Source: Bdellovibrionota bacterium
GTDB taxonomy: Bacteria > Bdellovibrionota_C > UBA2361 > JBGSMV01
NCBI GenBank assembly: GCA_044356455.1
Contig: JBIKWF010000098.1
Span: 1 to 17,577 of the forward strand
Reading direction: 5' to 3'
DNA: 17,577 bases
Both the position numbers and the translations under genes were made by a program. Under the pieces are notes generated by a model that was not told the DNA's origin, searched no databases, and saw nothing but the letters and a program-made list of their open reading frames with translations. Positions 8,220-16,972 of the stretch are shown here, piece after piece; position 1 is the stretch's first letter; each line of letters opens with the position of its first letter.

Positions 8220-8585
8220 TTAATTCAACCCGAGGCTGGCGGCATTCGCCGAATCTTACGAGTCAGGATCGCAAAGCAGGCAACTCATTAAATGTACTAT
8301 GGAAATAGAATAGAGTAGTCCCTGGACAGAGACTCATTTGGAGCTACTAGTAACATTAGTGCAACTACTTTAGCGCCCCCACCTATAGTTGTCACTTCCC
8401 AACAACACCAAAGTCATTCGCAGTTGGCATGCACCGGAGAAATTGAGGAACGACTCGGAGAGTGCATCCTTAATAAGTGAGGCGCAGTCGATGAGGACTC
8501 GCACTAAAAGCAGCTCCTCCTTTTTCTATTCTAAGGTATCCTCCACGCGCGGAGTACACGTAAATCTGTTTTCGGGGAGTGGGAG

Positions 8586-9521
8586 ATGGCAAAGAGAAAG
8601 CAGGTTGTCCTGTTGACTGGTGCAAGTGCAGGCCTTGGTCTCCATATCGCCAAAGCGCTTCTTCACAGAGATTATCACCTCGTTCTGACGGCCCGCTCAA
8701 CCTCACTGTCCAGATTTGCACTGGAGGGCATATCAGAGTCCAATTCTATATGGCTTCGTCCTCTCGACGTATGCGTGGAGGAGGAGCGACGTGCAGTCGT
8801 TGAGGAAATTAACCGTTCTCTCGGCGGTGTGGATATTCTAATCAACAATGCCGCCTTTATGTTTCGTTCGGTTCTTGAACATGTAGAGGAGAAAGAGGTC
8901 CTTGAGCAAATGGGAACAAACTTTCGAGCTCCATTAGCGCTGATTCGATTGTGTCTCCCAATGATGCGCGCTCGCCGCTCGGGGAGAATAATTAATATCT
9001 CTTCGGTCGGTGGCATGATGGCGATGCCGACCATGGGTATTTATAACGCATCGAAATTTGCGCTTGAGGGCGCAACTGAGGCGCTGTACTACGAATTGCG
9101 ACCATGGAGGATAGCGGTCACTTTGGTGGAGCCGGGGTTCATCAACTCAGACGCCTTCCGCCTAGTGCGATACACCACAAAAAGTGGCGAATCGATGCGC
9201 GACCCTTCTGAGGCCTACTACGGTCACTACCGATTCATGACTGATTTCATTGCTCGGACGATGGGACGCGCTCCCGGGACCCCTGAAAGAGTGGCCCGCA
9301 CGGTGCTGCGCGTCATCGAGCAGAGAGATCCGCCTCTGCGGGTCCCGGGTACACCTGAAGCGCGATTGTTTGACCTTGCTCGGCGGTTCTTGCCCCGGCG
9401 TTTCTATCATTGGGCGCTTTACCAAGGGCTACCGCATGCAGATTGCTGGGGAGAGGAATCGCGGCTGCGTCGACGGTGCGAATTGGAGCTCAAGAAGGTT
9501 CGGCAACGTGGACTCGCATAG
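8586..9521 (+). CDS. Short-chain dehydrogenase/reductase (classical SDR)
   Basis: LTGASAGLG (TGxxxGxG), LDV, DILINNAA, IINISS, YNASKFA (YxxxK), VEPG. Confidence 0.95.
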   Translation: MAKRKQVVLLTGASAGLGLHIAKALLHRDYHLVLTARSTSLSRFALEGISESNSIWLRPLDVCVEEERRAVVEEINRSLGGVDILINNAAFMFRSVLEHVEEKEVLEQMGTNFRAPLALIRLCLPMMRARRSGRIINISSVGGMMAMPTMGIYNASKFALEGATEALYYELRPWRIAVTLVEPGFINSDAFRLVRYTTKSGESMRDPSEAYYGHYRFMTDFIARTMGRAPGTPERVARTVLRVIEQRDPPLRVPGTPEARLFDLARRFLPRRFYHWALYQGLPHADCWGEESRLRRRCELELKKVRQRGLA

Positions 9522-9581
9522 CCTTGAGCGCCTCATCAGCGAATCCCCCCAATCGGATGATTTCTGGTAAGGGCCGCCTCT

Positions 9582-9828
9582 GTGAGGCTGTCCAATTCAA
9601 TCTCATTGCCTCTCGTGAATTTGGTGTTTAGGTACTAAGTTTTTCTGATCGCGCTTACCGATTTCTCTGCGACGAACATGGCATCTCAGTGCCAGAGCCG
9701 CCTTAAAAATATTTAAAAGCGGGTTCGGCCGTCAGCTGTTATTTATCTGCCCAGAATAACTTGCATTTTAAACAAAGGATTTGCGCGAAAATTCCAAGCA
9801 TGGTCTCTGAGAAAAAATAGCGGTAAAG
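9582..9828. repeat. ~245-bp diverged direct repeat, copy A
   Basis: Aligns with 10743-10980; first 150 nt ungapped with 114 identities by manual count. Shared blocks: CAATTCAATCTC, TTAGGTACTAAG, TTTCTCTGCGACGAA, TTTAAAAGC, GCATTTTAAA, GGTCTCTGAGAAAAAAT. Confidence 0.9.
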
Positions 9829-9945
9829 TGACTGATAGGATTTCATCGGTTGCTTCAGCAGGTTAGTTCATTTGTCTGGACATCAATGTGCAGTGTCCGG
9901 AGCATCACGCTTCATGCACCCTCCTCGAAGTGAAAGGTCAAGTTT

Positions 9946-10431
9946 ATGCAGATTGATGGCTCGATTTATCTTGTCCTTTTTGCAATTCCCGCGGGGGTTT
10001 GTTTATTTTTATTCGCTCTTCCATTATTTCTTTTCTATCTGTTTTCAATTGATGCCCAGCCCTCCTCCAAAACTACCGATGAGAGAGAGCACGATTCGAC
10101 TCCCTCTGCCAAAGAGAGGGATACCCAACATATCTCCAAATTTGACGCACCTCTCCTGGCACAGAAGAAAAGTCTCCCAGCATGGGCGGTAACAGCGCTT
10201 ATTTTCTCTGCTGGCTATTTTTATGACGTACTAAGCGGCCATTCTGCTCGCACACCTTCGCGCGCAATTGACTTCACTTCCTTTTTTATACCTTTCTTTG
10301 GACTTATGGGAGGGCTCGACGCTCCGCCGGGGCATGGCGTTCTACGCGAAGCACTTGGACTCTCCGTTGCGGCTATTGCCAATCTCATTTATCTCGTCAG
10401 CCGTTTCGTTAGAAATTTCATGCGAAGATAG
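9946..10431 (+). CDS. Hypothetical membrane protein
   Basis: 161-aa ORF with AAAGGT upstream; three to four hydrophobic segments separated by a polar linker; basic C-terminus. Confidence 0.65.
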   Translation: MQIDGSIYLVLFAIPAGVCLFLFALPLFLFYLFSIDAQPSSKTTDEREHDSTPSAKERDTQHISKFDAPLLAQKKSLPAWAVTALIFSAGYFYDVLSGHSARTPSRAIDFTSFFIPFFGLMGGLDAPPGHGVLREALGLSVAAIANLIYLVSRFVRNFMRR

Positions 10432-10742
10432 GATAGCTTCAGTGCCTCTCTTAGAGGCGCACTCTCCGGCTCCTCAACCACCAGAGTCTTTGCGTGCATT
10501 GCCACCAGCTACTTCTGAGATCTTACTTGATGCCTATCTGCATAGGAACACAACCGATCATGTGCGGCGCTGCAGTTGCGTGCTCTACTCCATCTTTAAG
10601 TTGCTCTCAATCCTCAAAAGCTACCCAGTTTCAAGTAGAGATAGAGTAAAAAGTACACCTCGAAAGATCGAGCGAAGCGCGATTTAGCACCAACTGCTAT
10701 GGCTTCACTACGCGATGTGCATGGCACCGAAAGACCTGTTTC

Positions 10743-10980
10743 GTGAGCCTGCACAATTCAATCTCCAGTCCCCTCGGGAATGTGTTCCTTAGGTACTAAG
10801 ATTATCTCATAGCACTTCCCGTTTTCTCTGCGACGAATATCTCTTCTCACTACCCGAGCGGTCTTGAAACAATTTAAAAGCCTGTTCGAACGTCATTTGT
10901 ATGTTCAGAAAACTCGCATTTTAAATTCACGATTCGCTCGAAAATCTGCTCTGGGTCTCTGAGAAAAAATGGAGGAAAAG
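10743..10980. repeat. ~240-bp diverged direct repeat, copy B
   Basis: Same-orientation partner of 9582-9828 at an offset of 1161 bp, with a short indel after about position 155. Confidence 0.9.
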
Positions 10981-11202
10981 ACTCGAACCCGAGGAATGCG
11001 GATCTCAGTTGGCAGATTTACTATCGGCTCGCCAACCATAGCGACTCGCTACCCGTTCTAATGATACTTTAGTATTTGACGCGATCGCGATGCGGCAGAT
11101 CTCAACAATACGAAAAACACCTAACGATCTGGGCCCATATCCACTTGCTTTTGCTGCGCTTTTTCCCTTGATTCCGCGTTCAAGCGAGGCACAAATTTCG
11201 GT

Positions 11203-11234
11203 CTAGAATATCGGCTAACCCACCGATTTTATTA
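11203..11234. promoter_or_regulatory. Possible sigma-28 (FliA)-type promoter elements upstream of flagellin
   Basis: Plus strand: ACCGATTT at 11222-11229 with weak -35 TAGA/CTAG. Minus strand: TAAT-N15-GCCGATAT (11234 to 11208) versus consensus TAAA-N15-GCCGATAA. Confidence 0.35.
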
Positions 11235-11285
11235 CAGACGGCTACTGTACCTTCGAGAAAAGGAATTTTCGCAGAGAATACGGGC

Positions 11286-12641
11286 GTGGGAATCGGATAC
11301 GGATATAACCTGAGCTCATTGCAAGCTCAGCGGCGACTCGCTGATACAAGCGAGCGGCTTGCTCTCACATCCGAGCGCCTCTCATCCGGCATGCGCATCA
11401 ATCGACCGAGCGATGACGCCGCATCACTTGCCGTCGCATCCGGGCTGAACACGAACGCGCGAATTTTCAATCAAGCGATCCGAAACATCAATGACGGCGC
11501 GAGCTTGCTCAACGTAGTGGATGGCGCGTTATCTGAAATGAGCAGTTTGCTCCAGCGTCAGATCGAACTTGCATCACAGGCTGCCAACGGGACGTACTCC
11601 TCTGCGCAACGCTCCTCACTCAATGCAGAAGCCCAGGCCCTTCGCGATGAGTACAACCGGACTGTTCAGACCACTTCGATCTTCGGACGAGCCGTGCTTC
11701 ACGGGCAATCTGGACAAACTACCATACAAGCAGGGACTGGAGCTGCGAATACGTATGCACTTAAGATTCTAGATCCATCGACTGCACAAAATCTAACTTA
11801 TACCGGCTTGGGAACCTATTCGACAAAAACCTCTAGCACTACCGCAGGAACAATTTATAACGCGGACGTGGGTGATTTCAATGAAGATGGGCGAACTGAT
11901 GTAATTGCGTTCGAGCAGCTCCAAAACGGCAGCCTCTACTTTGAGCTCTTCACCGCCGACAGTCAGGGCCAGCTGATTCAAGTAAACGAGGGGGTAATCG
12001 CCAATCCAGGCTCACAAGGCTTCACCTACGAAATCGACGAATTCATTTACCAAATCGGCGACGGAAATGGGGACGGGCACCTCGACGTGTCGATTTACTA
12101 CGGTCTCAACGGCTATGACGGCATTGGAGGAAGTAGCTACCACAGCGGAGAGTATGTGCTCTACGGCAATGGGAGAGGGGGCCTAGACCCCGGAGCGGTT
12201 TCTCAGTCTTTTCAAACCGCTCCCACTCCGACGGTCGACCTTAACGGCGACGGTGTCACCGACAGCATTTCCACCAATACCAATTCGCTCACTTCGAATA
12301 TTCAAAACACCTTGGTTTCCGAAAACCTACACATGAACTCCTTTAGTCTTACGACTCAAGTGGGTGCGCGTTCTGCCCTTACTACACTTCAATCTACGCT
12401 CTCCTACCTATCCAGTAAGCGCGGCGCAATCGGTACGATGCAAAGCAGGCTTGGGATAGGGCTGAACAATCTAACATCCCAACGTGAAGGTTACATAAGC
12501 GCGGCAACGAGGATCTCCGAAGCTGACATGGCGCAGGAAAGTGCGCACGCTGTCCGCCTACAGATTCTGCAGAAAACAGCAGCAGCGGTCTTATTGCAAG
12601 CAAATCTAGCTCCACAAATTGCACTTTCATTACTAAGGTAG
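11286..12641 (+). CDS. fliC: Flagellin with FG-GAP/VCBS repeats in the variable domain
   Basis: N-terminal ERLSSGMRINRPSDDAA, QAIRNINDG, LQRQIELASQAANGT; C-terminal RGAIGTMQSRL, RISEADMAQE, QILQK, QAN, ALSLLR; central GDFNEDGRTD, GDGNGDGHLD, DLNGDGVTD. Confidence 0.93.
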   Translation: MGIGYGYNLSSLQAQRRLADTSERLALTSERLSSGMRINRPSDDAASLAVASGLNTNARIFNQAIRNINDGASLLNVVDGALSEMSSLLQRQIELASQAANGTYSSAQRSSLNAEAQALRDEYNRTVQTTSIFGRAVLHGQSGQTTIQAGTGAANTYALKILDPSTAQNLTYTGLGTYSTKTSSTTAGTIYNADVGDFNEDGRTDVIAFEQLQNGSLYFELFTADSQGQLIQVNEGVIANPGSQGFTYEIDEFIYQIGDGNGDGHLDVSIYYGLNGYDGIGGSSYHSGEYVLYGNGRGGLDPGAVSQSFQTAPTPTVDLNGDGVTDSISTNTNSLTSNIQNTLVSENLHMNSFSLTTQVGARSALTTLQSTLSYLSSKRGAIGTMQSRLGIGLNNLTSQREGYISAATRISEADMAQESAHAVRLQILQKTAAAVLLQANLAPQIALSLLR

Positions 12642-12659
12642 GCCGATCTAGGACAGCTT

Positions 12660-13910
12660 ATGAAAATCGACCAGCGAAATGCAGCAGAGTCATTACAAGC
12701 GAATCCGACAGTACGGGCCTTGGCTGCGGCATGCACAAAACATAACATCAAGGGGCATTTGGTCGGAGGGGCTGTCAGAGACTTCCTCCTACAGCGGCCA
12801 GAGCCAAAGGATTTCGACGTCTACCTTGAGGCTCCCCCGAAGAGCCTTGCGGTGGTCTCGGGCGAGTACCGAACGCTCGCTCAAAGCGAGCAGCACTCAA
12901 ATGCCCGTCCGGCTCAGAATCTCGATTTTTTCACCACGCGCGACATTGAGATTTCAACAGGTTTTGCAGACTTTACAATCAATTCAATCAGTTTTGACCT
13001 CGCTGAATCGAAAATTGTAGACCGCTGGGCTGGGATTCCAGACCTCGAATCGAAAACCTTGCGGATCACTCACCTTCCCTATTTCTTTATTGGACGACCA
13101 TTCTTCCGACTCTTCCGTTTTGCACATGAGCTTGGTTTTAGATACACAGCCGAGACACTCGCTCTTTTGAGCAAGCACCGCTATATGCTGTCAGGATGTC
13201 CCGCGCAAACCCGAGCGCGTGCAATGAATGACCTAATGACGGCTTTGTCCGCACATGAGCCCCTCTTCCTCGAAGAACTCATGAGAAGCCGGCTTCTTGA
13301 GAATTTCATTCCCCAGCTAACTCCGCTTTCTGTGCTCGAAGCATCGAACTCGAATGGGACAAGCCGCTTAGAGCAGAATTTCTGTGCTGCGATTGGCGTC
13401 ACTAAAGTGGTTGCCTCACTCCCAAAGGAAAAGCAGGAGTTAATCTTACGATACAGGCGCGAAGAAATTCATACTGAAAGCGGAAAGTTTTCGTGCGCCT
13501 TCAATCTGCTTAGTCATGTCAAACTCGCGCTACTACTTAGCGGGTGTGCTGAAGGCCTCCTTGGCATCGATGAAGTACTTCCGGAGAAAATGCGTAGCGA
13601 AGAGGCTCACATCGTATATCAGCGCCGGTTGTTACAGGAAATAGCATCAAGCGTCGAAGCAGATCCAAGAATGTCGCATGCAGTTCTTGCGACTATGCAT
13701 TTATTGGAGAGCATCCGCTCAATAAACAGGCCCGACTTTAACGCAACCAGGCCCCCTCGCGGCCCCAACATGATGCATACCTGCGCCGCGGTTGCTCTGC
13801 AGTCTCAGCGCACTAGCGCATCAACCAAGATTCTCGCGTCAGCCAGAGAACTGGAAGCATTCCTTGCGTCACCTTTGAACCAGAATCTGCAAGCCGGGGG
13901 ATTGCCGTAG
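12660..13910 (+). CDS. Divergent class II nucleotidyltransferase (CCA-adding / poly(A) polymerase head domain)
   Basis: HLVGGAVRDFLL...KDFDV (motif A with DxD), DFTINSI, GIPDL..KTLR, RLFRFAHELGF. The canonical RRD and EDxxR motifs are absent. Confidence 0.85.
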   Translation: MKIDQRNAAESLQANPTVRALAAACTKHNIKGHLVGGAVRDFLLQRPEPKDFDVYLEAPPKSLAVVSGEYRTLAQSEQHSNARPAQNLDFFTTRDIEISTGFADFTINSISFDLAESKIVDRWAGIPDLESKTLRITHLPYFFIGRPFFRLFRFAHELGFRYTAETLALLSKHRYMLSGCPAQTRARAMNDLMTALSAHEPLFLEELMRSRLLENFIPQLTPLSVLEASNSNGTSRLEQNFCAAIGVTKVVASLPKEKQELILRYRREEIHTESGKFSCAFNLLSHVKLALLLSGCAEGLLGIDEVLPEKMRSEEAHIVYQRRLLQEIASSVEADPRMSHAVLATMHLLESIRSINRPDFNATRPPRGPNMMHTCAAVALQSQRTSASTKILASARELEAFLASPLNQNLQAGGLP

Positions 13911-13981
13911 AAAAATCTAAAGACATTTCGTCTCCACCGAGTAGGGAGTGTGCGTGGACGCTCGAAGTAGTAGGAATCAGA

Positions 13982-15578
13982 TTATTGAGGACGAGAATTC
14001 TTTCGAATTCTAGATTCTTCAAGGTCAAGCTCCCCAGATAGCTGGTGAAAGAACTCGTCGTGGAGTTCTCCGTTTGCTCTCAATCGGAGCAACTCGGCCC
14101 TCTCCGCCGATACAGATTGGAGAGCAATTCGCCTACGGTTTTGCTCGACGAGGTCCAATCGACTGAACCCAGCGCCACTGGTAACCGGCGCAAGTCGCTC
14201 CCGCAAATTTAAGTAGCTTTGCTTTAGAGTAGCCGCGTAAGAACAATCATGCGAGGAGGTCTCCGAGAATTCTGCAATCCTTCCTAACGCTGCGTCAGCC
14301 ATCGCGATCCGAGCCTTCGCTTCCTCAACGTGCTCTGAGCCACCACGCTCCAACCGGAAGAAGCGCACCATGGAAGATAAGGTCAATGTAGGAACGACTA
14401 AGGTGAAGACGATTACAGAATAGGTGAGAAACAGTAAAAGCTCGCGGTGTGGGAAGGGTCTCCCATCGGGCAAAGTCAATGGGATAGCGAGCCCGGCAGC
14501 TAATGAAACTATCCCACGCATGCCTGTCCAGGAGAGCACTGTCAGGGTCCCAACCGAGGGCATTGGATCGTTCCTTCTGACGCGAGGAATCAGCTTACGT
14601 GATAGGTATGCCACCGGGAACGTCCACGCAAACCTTAGGACAGTTACGGCAATGATTACGAGAATGGACATCTTGGTGAGCTCCAAAACTCCGTAAGACT
14701 GTGCAAGTTGGACTATTTGTTTTAGATGCAAGCCCAAAATTGCGAAGGCTGTTCCATTAACAGCGAGCAGTAGAACATTCCACGCCCCCCCCTGCCTCTA
14801 AACGGGTCTCTGCGGAGACTACTTTGGGGATGCTGCGGCCAAAAATCAGACCGGCACACACCGTCGAGACCACACCAGAGACGTGCAAACTTTCCGCGAT
14901 TGAATAAGCCGCGAAGCAACACACGAACGAAAGAAGGGACTCGCTTGTGGTGCTATTTAGTACTCGAATCAAGGCAATCATGGCGCTGCCGAGTAGCAAA
15001 CCAACCAATGCCCCACCCAACGCCACGATCAGAAACTGCTGGGCTGCTAATGCGAGCGAGAAAGTTCCAGTCATCACAGCTGCTACCGCGAACTTGAAAC
15101 AAACGAGAGCAGTCGCATCGTTGAGCAGACTTTCACCCTCGAGAATAGTGATAACCCGGCGGGGTAGTCCGATCTTCTTCGCAAGGGCGGTTGCTGCAGA
15201 GGCATCGGGTGGAGAAATCACCGCTCCCAGCACAAATGCAACGGGCAGAGGGATAAACGGGAAAAAGAAATGAACAATATATCCGACCCCCAAGACCGTA
15301 AAGATAACTAGGCCGATGGCCATAAGGGCAATTGGCCGCAGGTTGCGCTTAAAATCATGCCAAGAGGTAAAATAAGCTGCGGCGAATAAAATTGGTGGCA
15401 GAATAAGATAGAAAACATCCTCGGGACGAATCGCGATATGGGGCAAGCCGGGGATTAGACTAACAGTGATTGTTAGCAATAGCAGGAGAAGCTCAACCGG
15501 GATTCCAAGCCGTGGCGCTGCCGCTCCGGAGAGTGCAGCGAAGAAAAGTAGTAGTAAGATGAATTCTACATTTAGCAC
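13982..15578 (-). pseudogene. CPA1-family (YjcE/NhaP-like) Na+/H+ antiporter split by a one-base frameshift
   Basis: 5' ORF has LPPILF, LGAVISPPDA, ILEGESLLNDA and LHVSGV; 3' ORF has WTGMRGIVSLAAGLAIP, PFPHR and ELDLEE. Removing one base from the C8 run at 14785-14792 joins them as ETRLEAGGAWNVLLLAVNGTAFAILGLHL. Could be a sequencing error. Confidence 0.88.
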
Positions 15579-15740
15579 AAAAGCTTAGCCTTTACTGGAA
15601 ATTCAATGAGAGAGAGGCATCCTATTTCATCCTCGCGGGAGTACCTCACGCTTCGTCATACGGTAATTCTCAAACCTAATCGATTCACCAAGCAAAACGA
15701 TTTGAAACTGTGGGCTCCGAGTCGCAGAAAGGCTGAGATA

Positions 15741-15804
15741 GTGCCACCCACTTTTTTGCATGGCCCGGAAACATTAACGTCAGAAATCCAATTACTCCAG
15801 TAGG
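15741..15804. repeat. 65-bp intergenic repeat, copy 2
   Basis: Matches 8155-8219 in the same orientation with 4 substitutions and 1 gap. Confidence 0.9.
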
Positions 15805-15920
15805 ATTGTAAATCTCCGCTGCTCGTGGTCTACGCCGCGACGACCTGACAATGATTTCCCAAAGGAGTGCAGGAACGATAGTGCCGGTTTAGAAAGCAGA
15901 CGCCGGCCCTCTGCTCTACC

Positions 15921-15995
15921 TTAACTGAAAGAGACCAGTACCCATGCCTCCCCTTACCCGTCATTATTCCTTCGCGATTTCATATACCTATCCTT
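15921..15995 (-). pseudogene. Decayed copy of the yciH ribosome-binding region and first ~20 codons
   Basis: 15934-15995 matches 8056-8117 at 52 of 62 nt. It translates MKSRRNNDG*GEAWVLVSFS* versus yciH MKSRKNKDSSGEAYALVYSTD. Confidence 0.8.
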
Positions 15996-16063
15996 TCTGC
16001 CTCGTCTCGTACTATTCTACCCTCAGTCAACTTTCGAGACCCGGAATAAGTTGGGCCTGTTAC

Positions 16064-16091
16064 TTGACGCGCCTGGTCGGGTGTCTATAAG
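16064..16091 (+). promoter_or_regulatory. Putative sigma-70 promoter of yebC
   Basis: TTGACG-N16-TATAAG, 63 nt upstream of the yebC ATG. Confidence 0.5.
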
Positions 16092-16154
16092 ACATATTCA
16101 GATTCGCCCTCTTTTTAAGCAGGAGCGAATGAGCCATTTTTCCTAGGAATCCCT

Positions 16155-16868
16155 ATGGGACGTATTTTTGAGAAGCGCAAAGATAGAATGTTTGCGCGCT
16201 GGGCCAAGAACGCAAAAGCATTCACCAAAATCGGCAAAGAAATCGCGATTGCCGTTAAGCTAGGCGGCGGAGATCCTGACGGAAACCCGCGTCTGCGCAT
16301 GGCAATTCAAACGGCGCGCTCCCTGAACATGCCGAAAGACCGAGTTCAGGCTGCTATTCTAAGAGCAACGAGCAAGGATGAAGCTTCGCTTGAAGAAGTC
16401 GTTTATGAGGGCTACGCCCCCCATGGCGTGGCAATCGTAGTATTAACCGCCACCAACAATCCCACTCGCACCGTTGGAAATGTTCGTTCAGTTATTACCC
16501 ATCATAACGGCACACTCGGCACCACCGGGTCTCTCGCTTACATGTTCGATCGTCGCGGAGTCTTCGTAATCAGCCCGCCTGAAGGGAATCTCGACGACTT
16601 TGAACTTGAGATGATTGACCATGGGATGGAAGATATCTTTGAAGGTGAAGAAGGGCTTCTTCTCTACACGTCGTTTGAGAATTTCGGAACTTTGCAAAAG
16701 GCTTTAGAGGCTCGCAAAGTTGATGTCAAAAGCGCCGCGCTTCAGTATCAGCCCAAGAACACCGTGGCCGTTGCGCCTGCTCATCAAAAGGAGATCGAAG
16801 AGCTGGTTGCCACTCTCGAAGAGGACGATGACGTGCAGCACGTCTACCATAATATGAAAGTGGACTAG
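16155..16868 (+). CDS. yebC: YebC/PmpR (TACO1) family protein
   Basis: AFTKIGKEIAIAVK.GG.DP..NPRLR, NMPKD, YEGYAPHGVA, TNNPTRT, YMFDRRG, LEEDDDVQHVYHN. Confidence 0.97.
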   Translation: MGRIFEKRKDRMFARWAKNAKAFTKIGKEIAIAVKLGGGDPDGNPRLRMAIQTARSLNMPKDRVQAAILRATSKDEASLEEVVYEGYAPHGVAIVVLTATNNPTRTVGNVRSVITHHNGTLGTTGSLAYMFDRRGVFVISPPEGNLDDFELEMIDHGMEDIFEGEEGLLLYTSFENFGTLQKALEARKVDVKSAALQYQPKNTVAVAPAHQKEIEELVATLEEDDDVQHVYHNMKVD

Positions 16869-16885
16869 GAGTGTACCCCGTTACC

Positions 16886-16903
16886 ACCACAACATGTAGT
16901 GGT
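16886..16903. promoter_or_regulatory. Imperfect palindrome resembling an NrdR box
   Basis: ACCACAACATGTAGTGGT fits acaCwAtATaTwGtgt at the conserved positions; only one clear copy. Confidence 0.3.
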
Positions 16904-16972
16904 AGAAGTTTTCTACGGGACAGACTCCTCGCACTCGAACCTCAAGCAGCATGTCGTGATTAGAACAGCGCT

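Noticed and set aside
9679..9694. TGGCATCTCAGTGCCA as a sigma-54 promoter
   Set aside because: GG-to-GC spacing is 9 rather than 10 nt, and the motif is not kept in repeat copy B.
10268..10687. 139-aa ORF overlapping 9946..10431, plus the many antisense or alternate-frame ORFs over pdxH, the methyltransferase, SDR, flagellin and antiporter
   Set aside because: They are shadows of better-supported genes and show no recognisable motifs.
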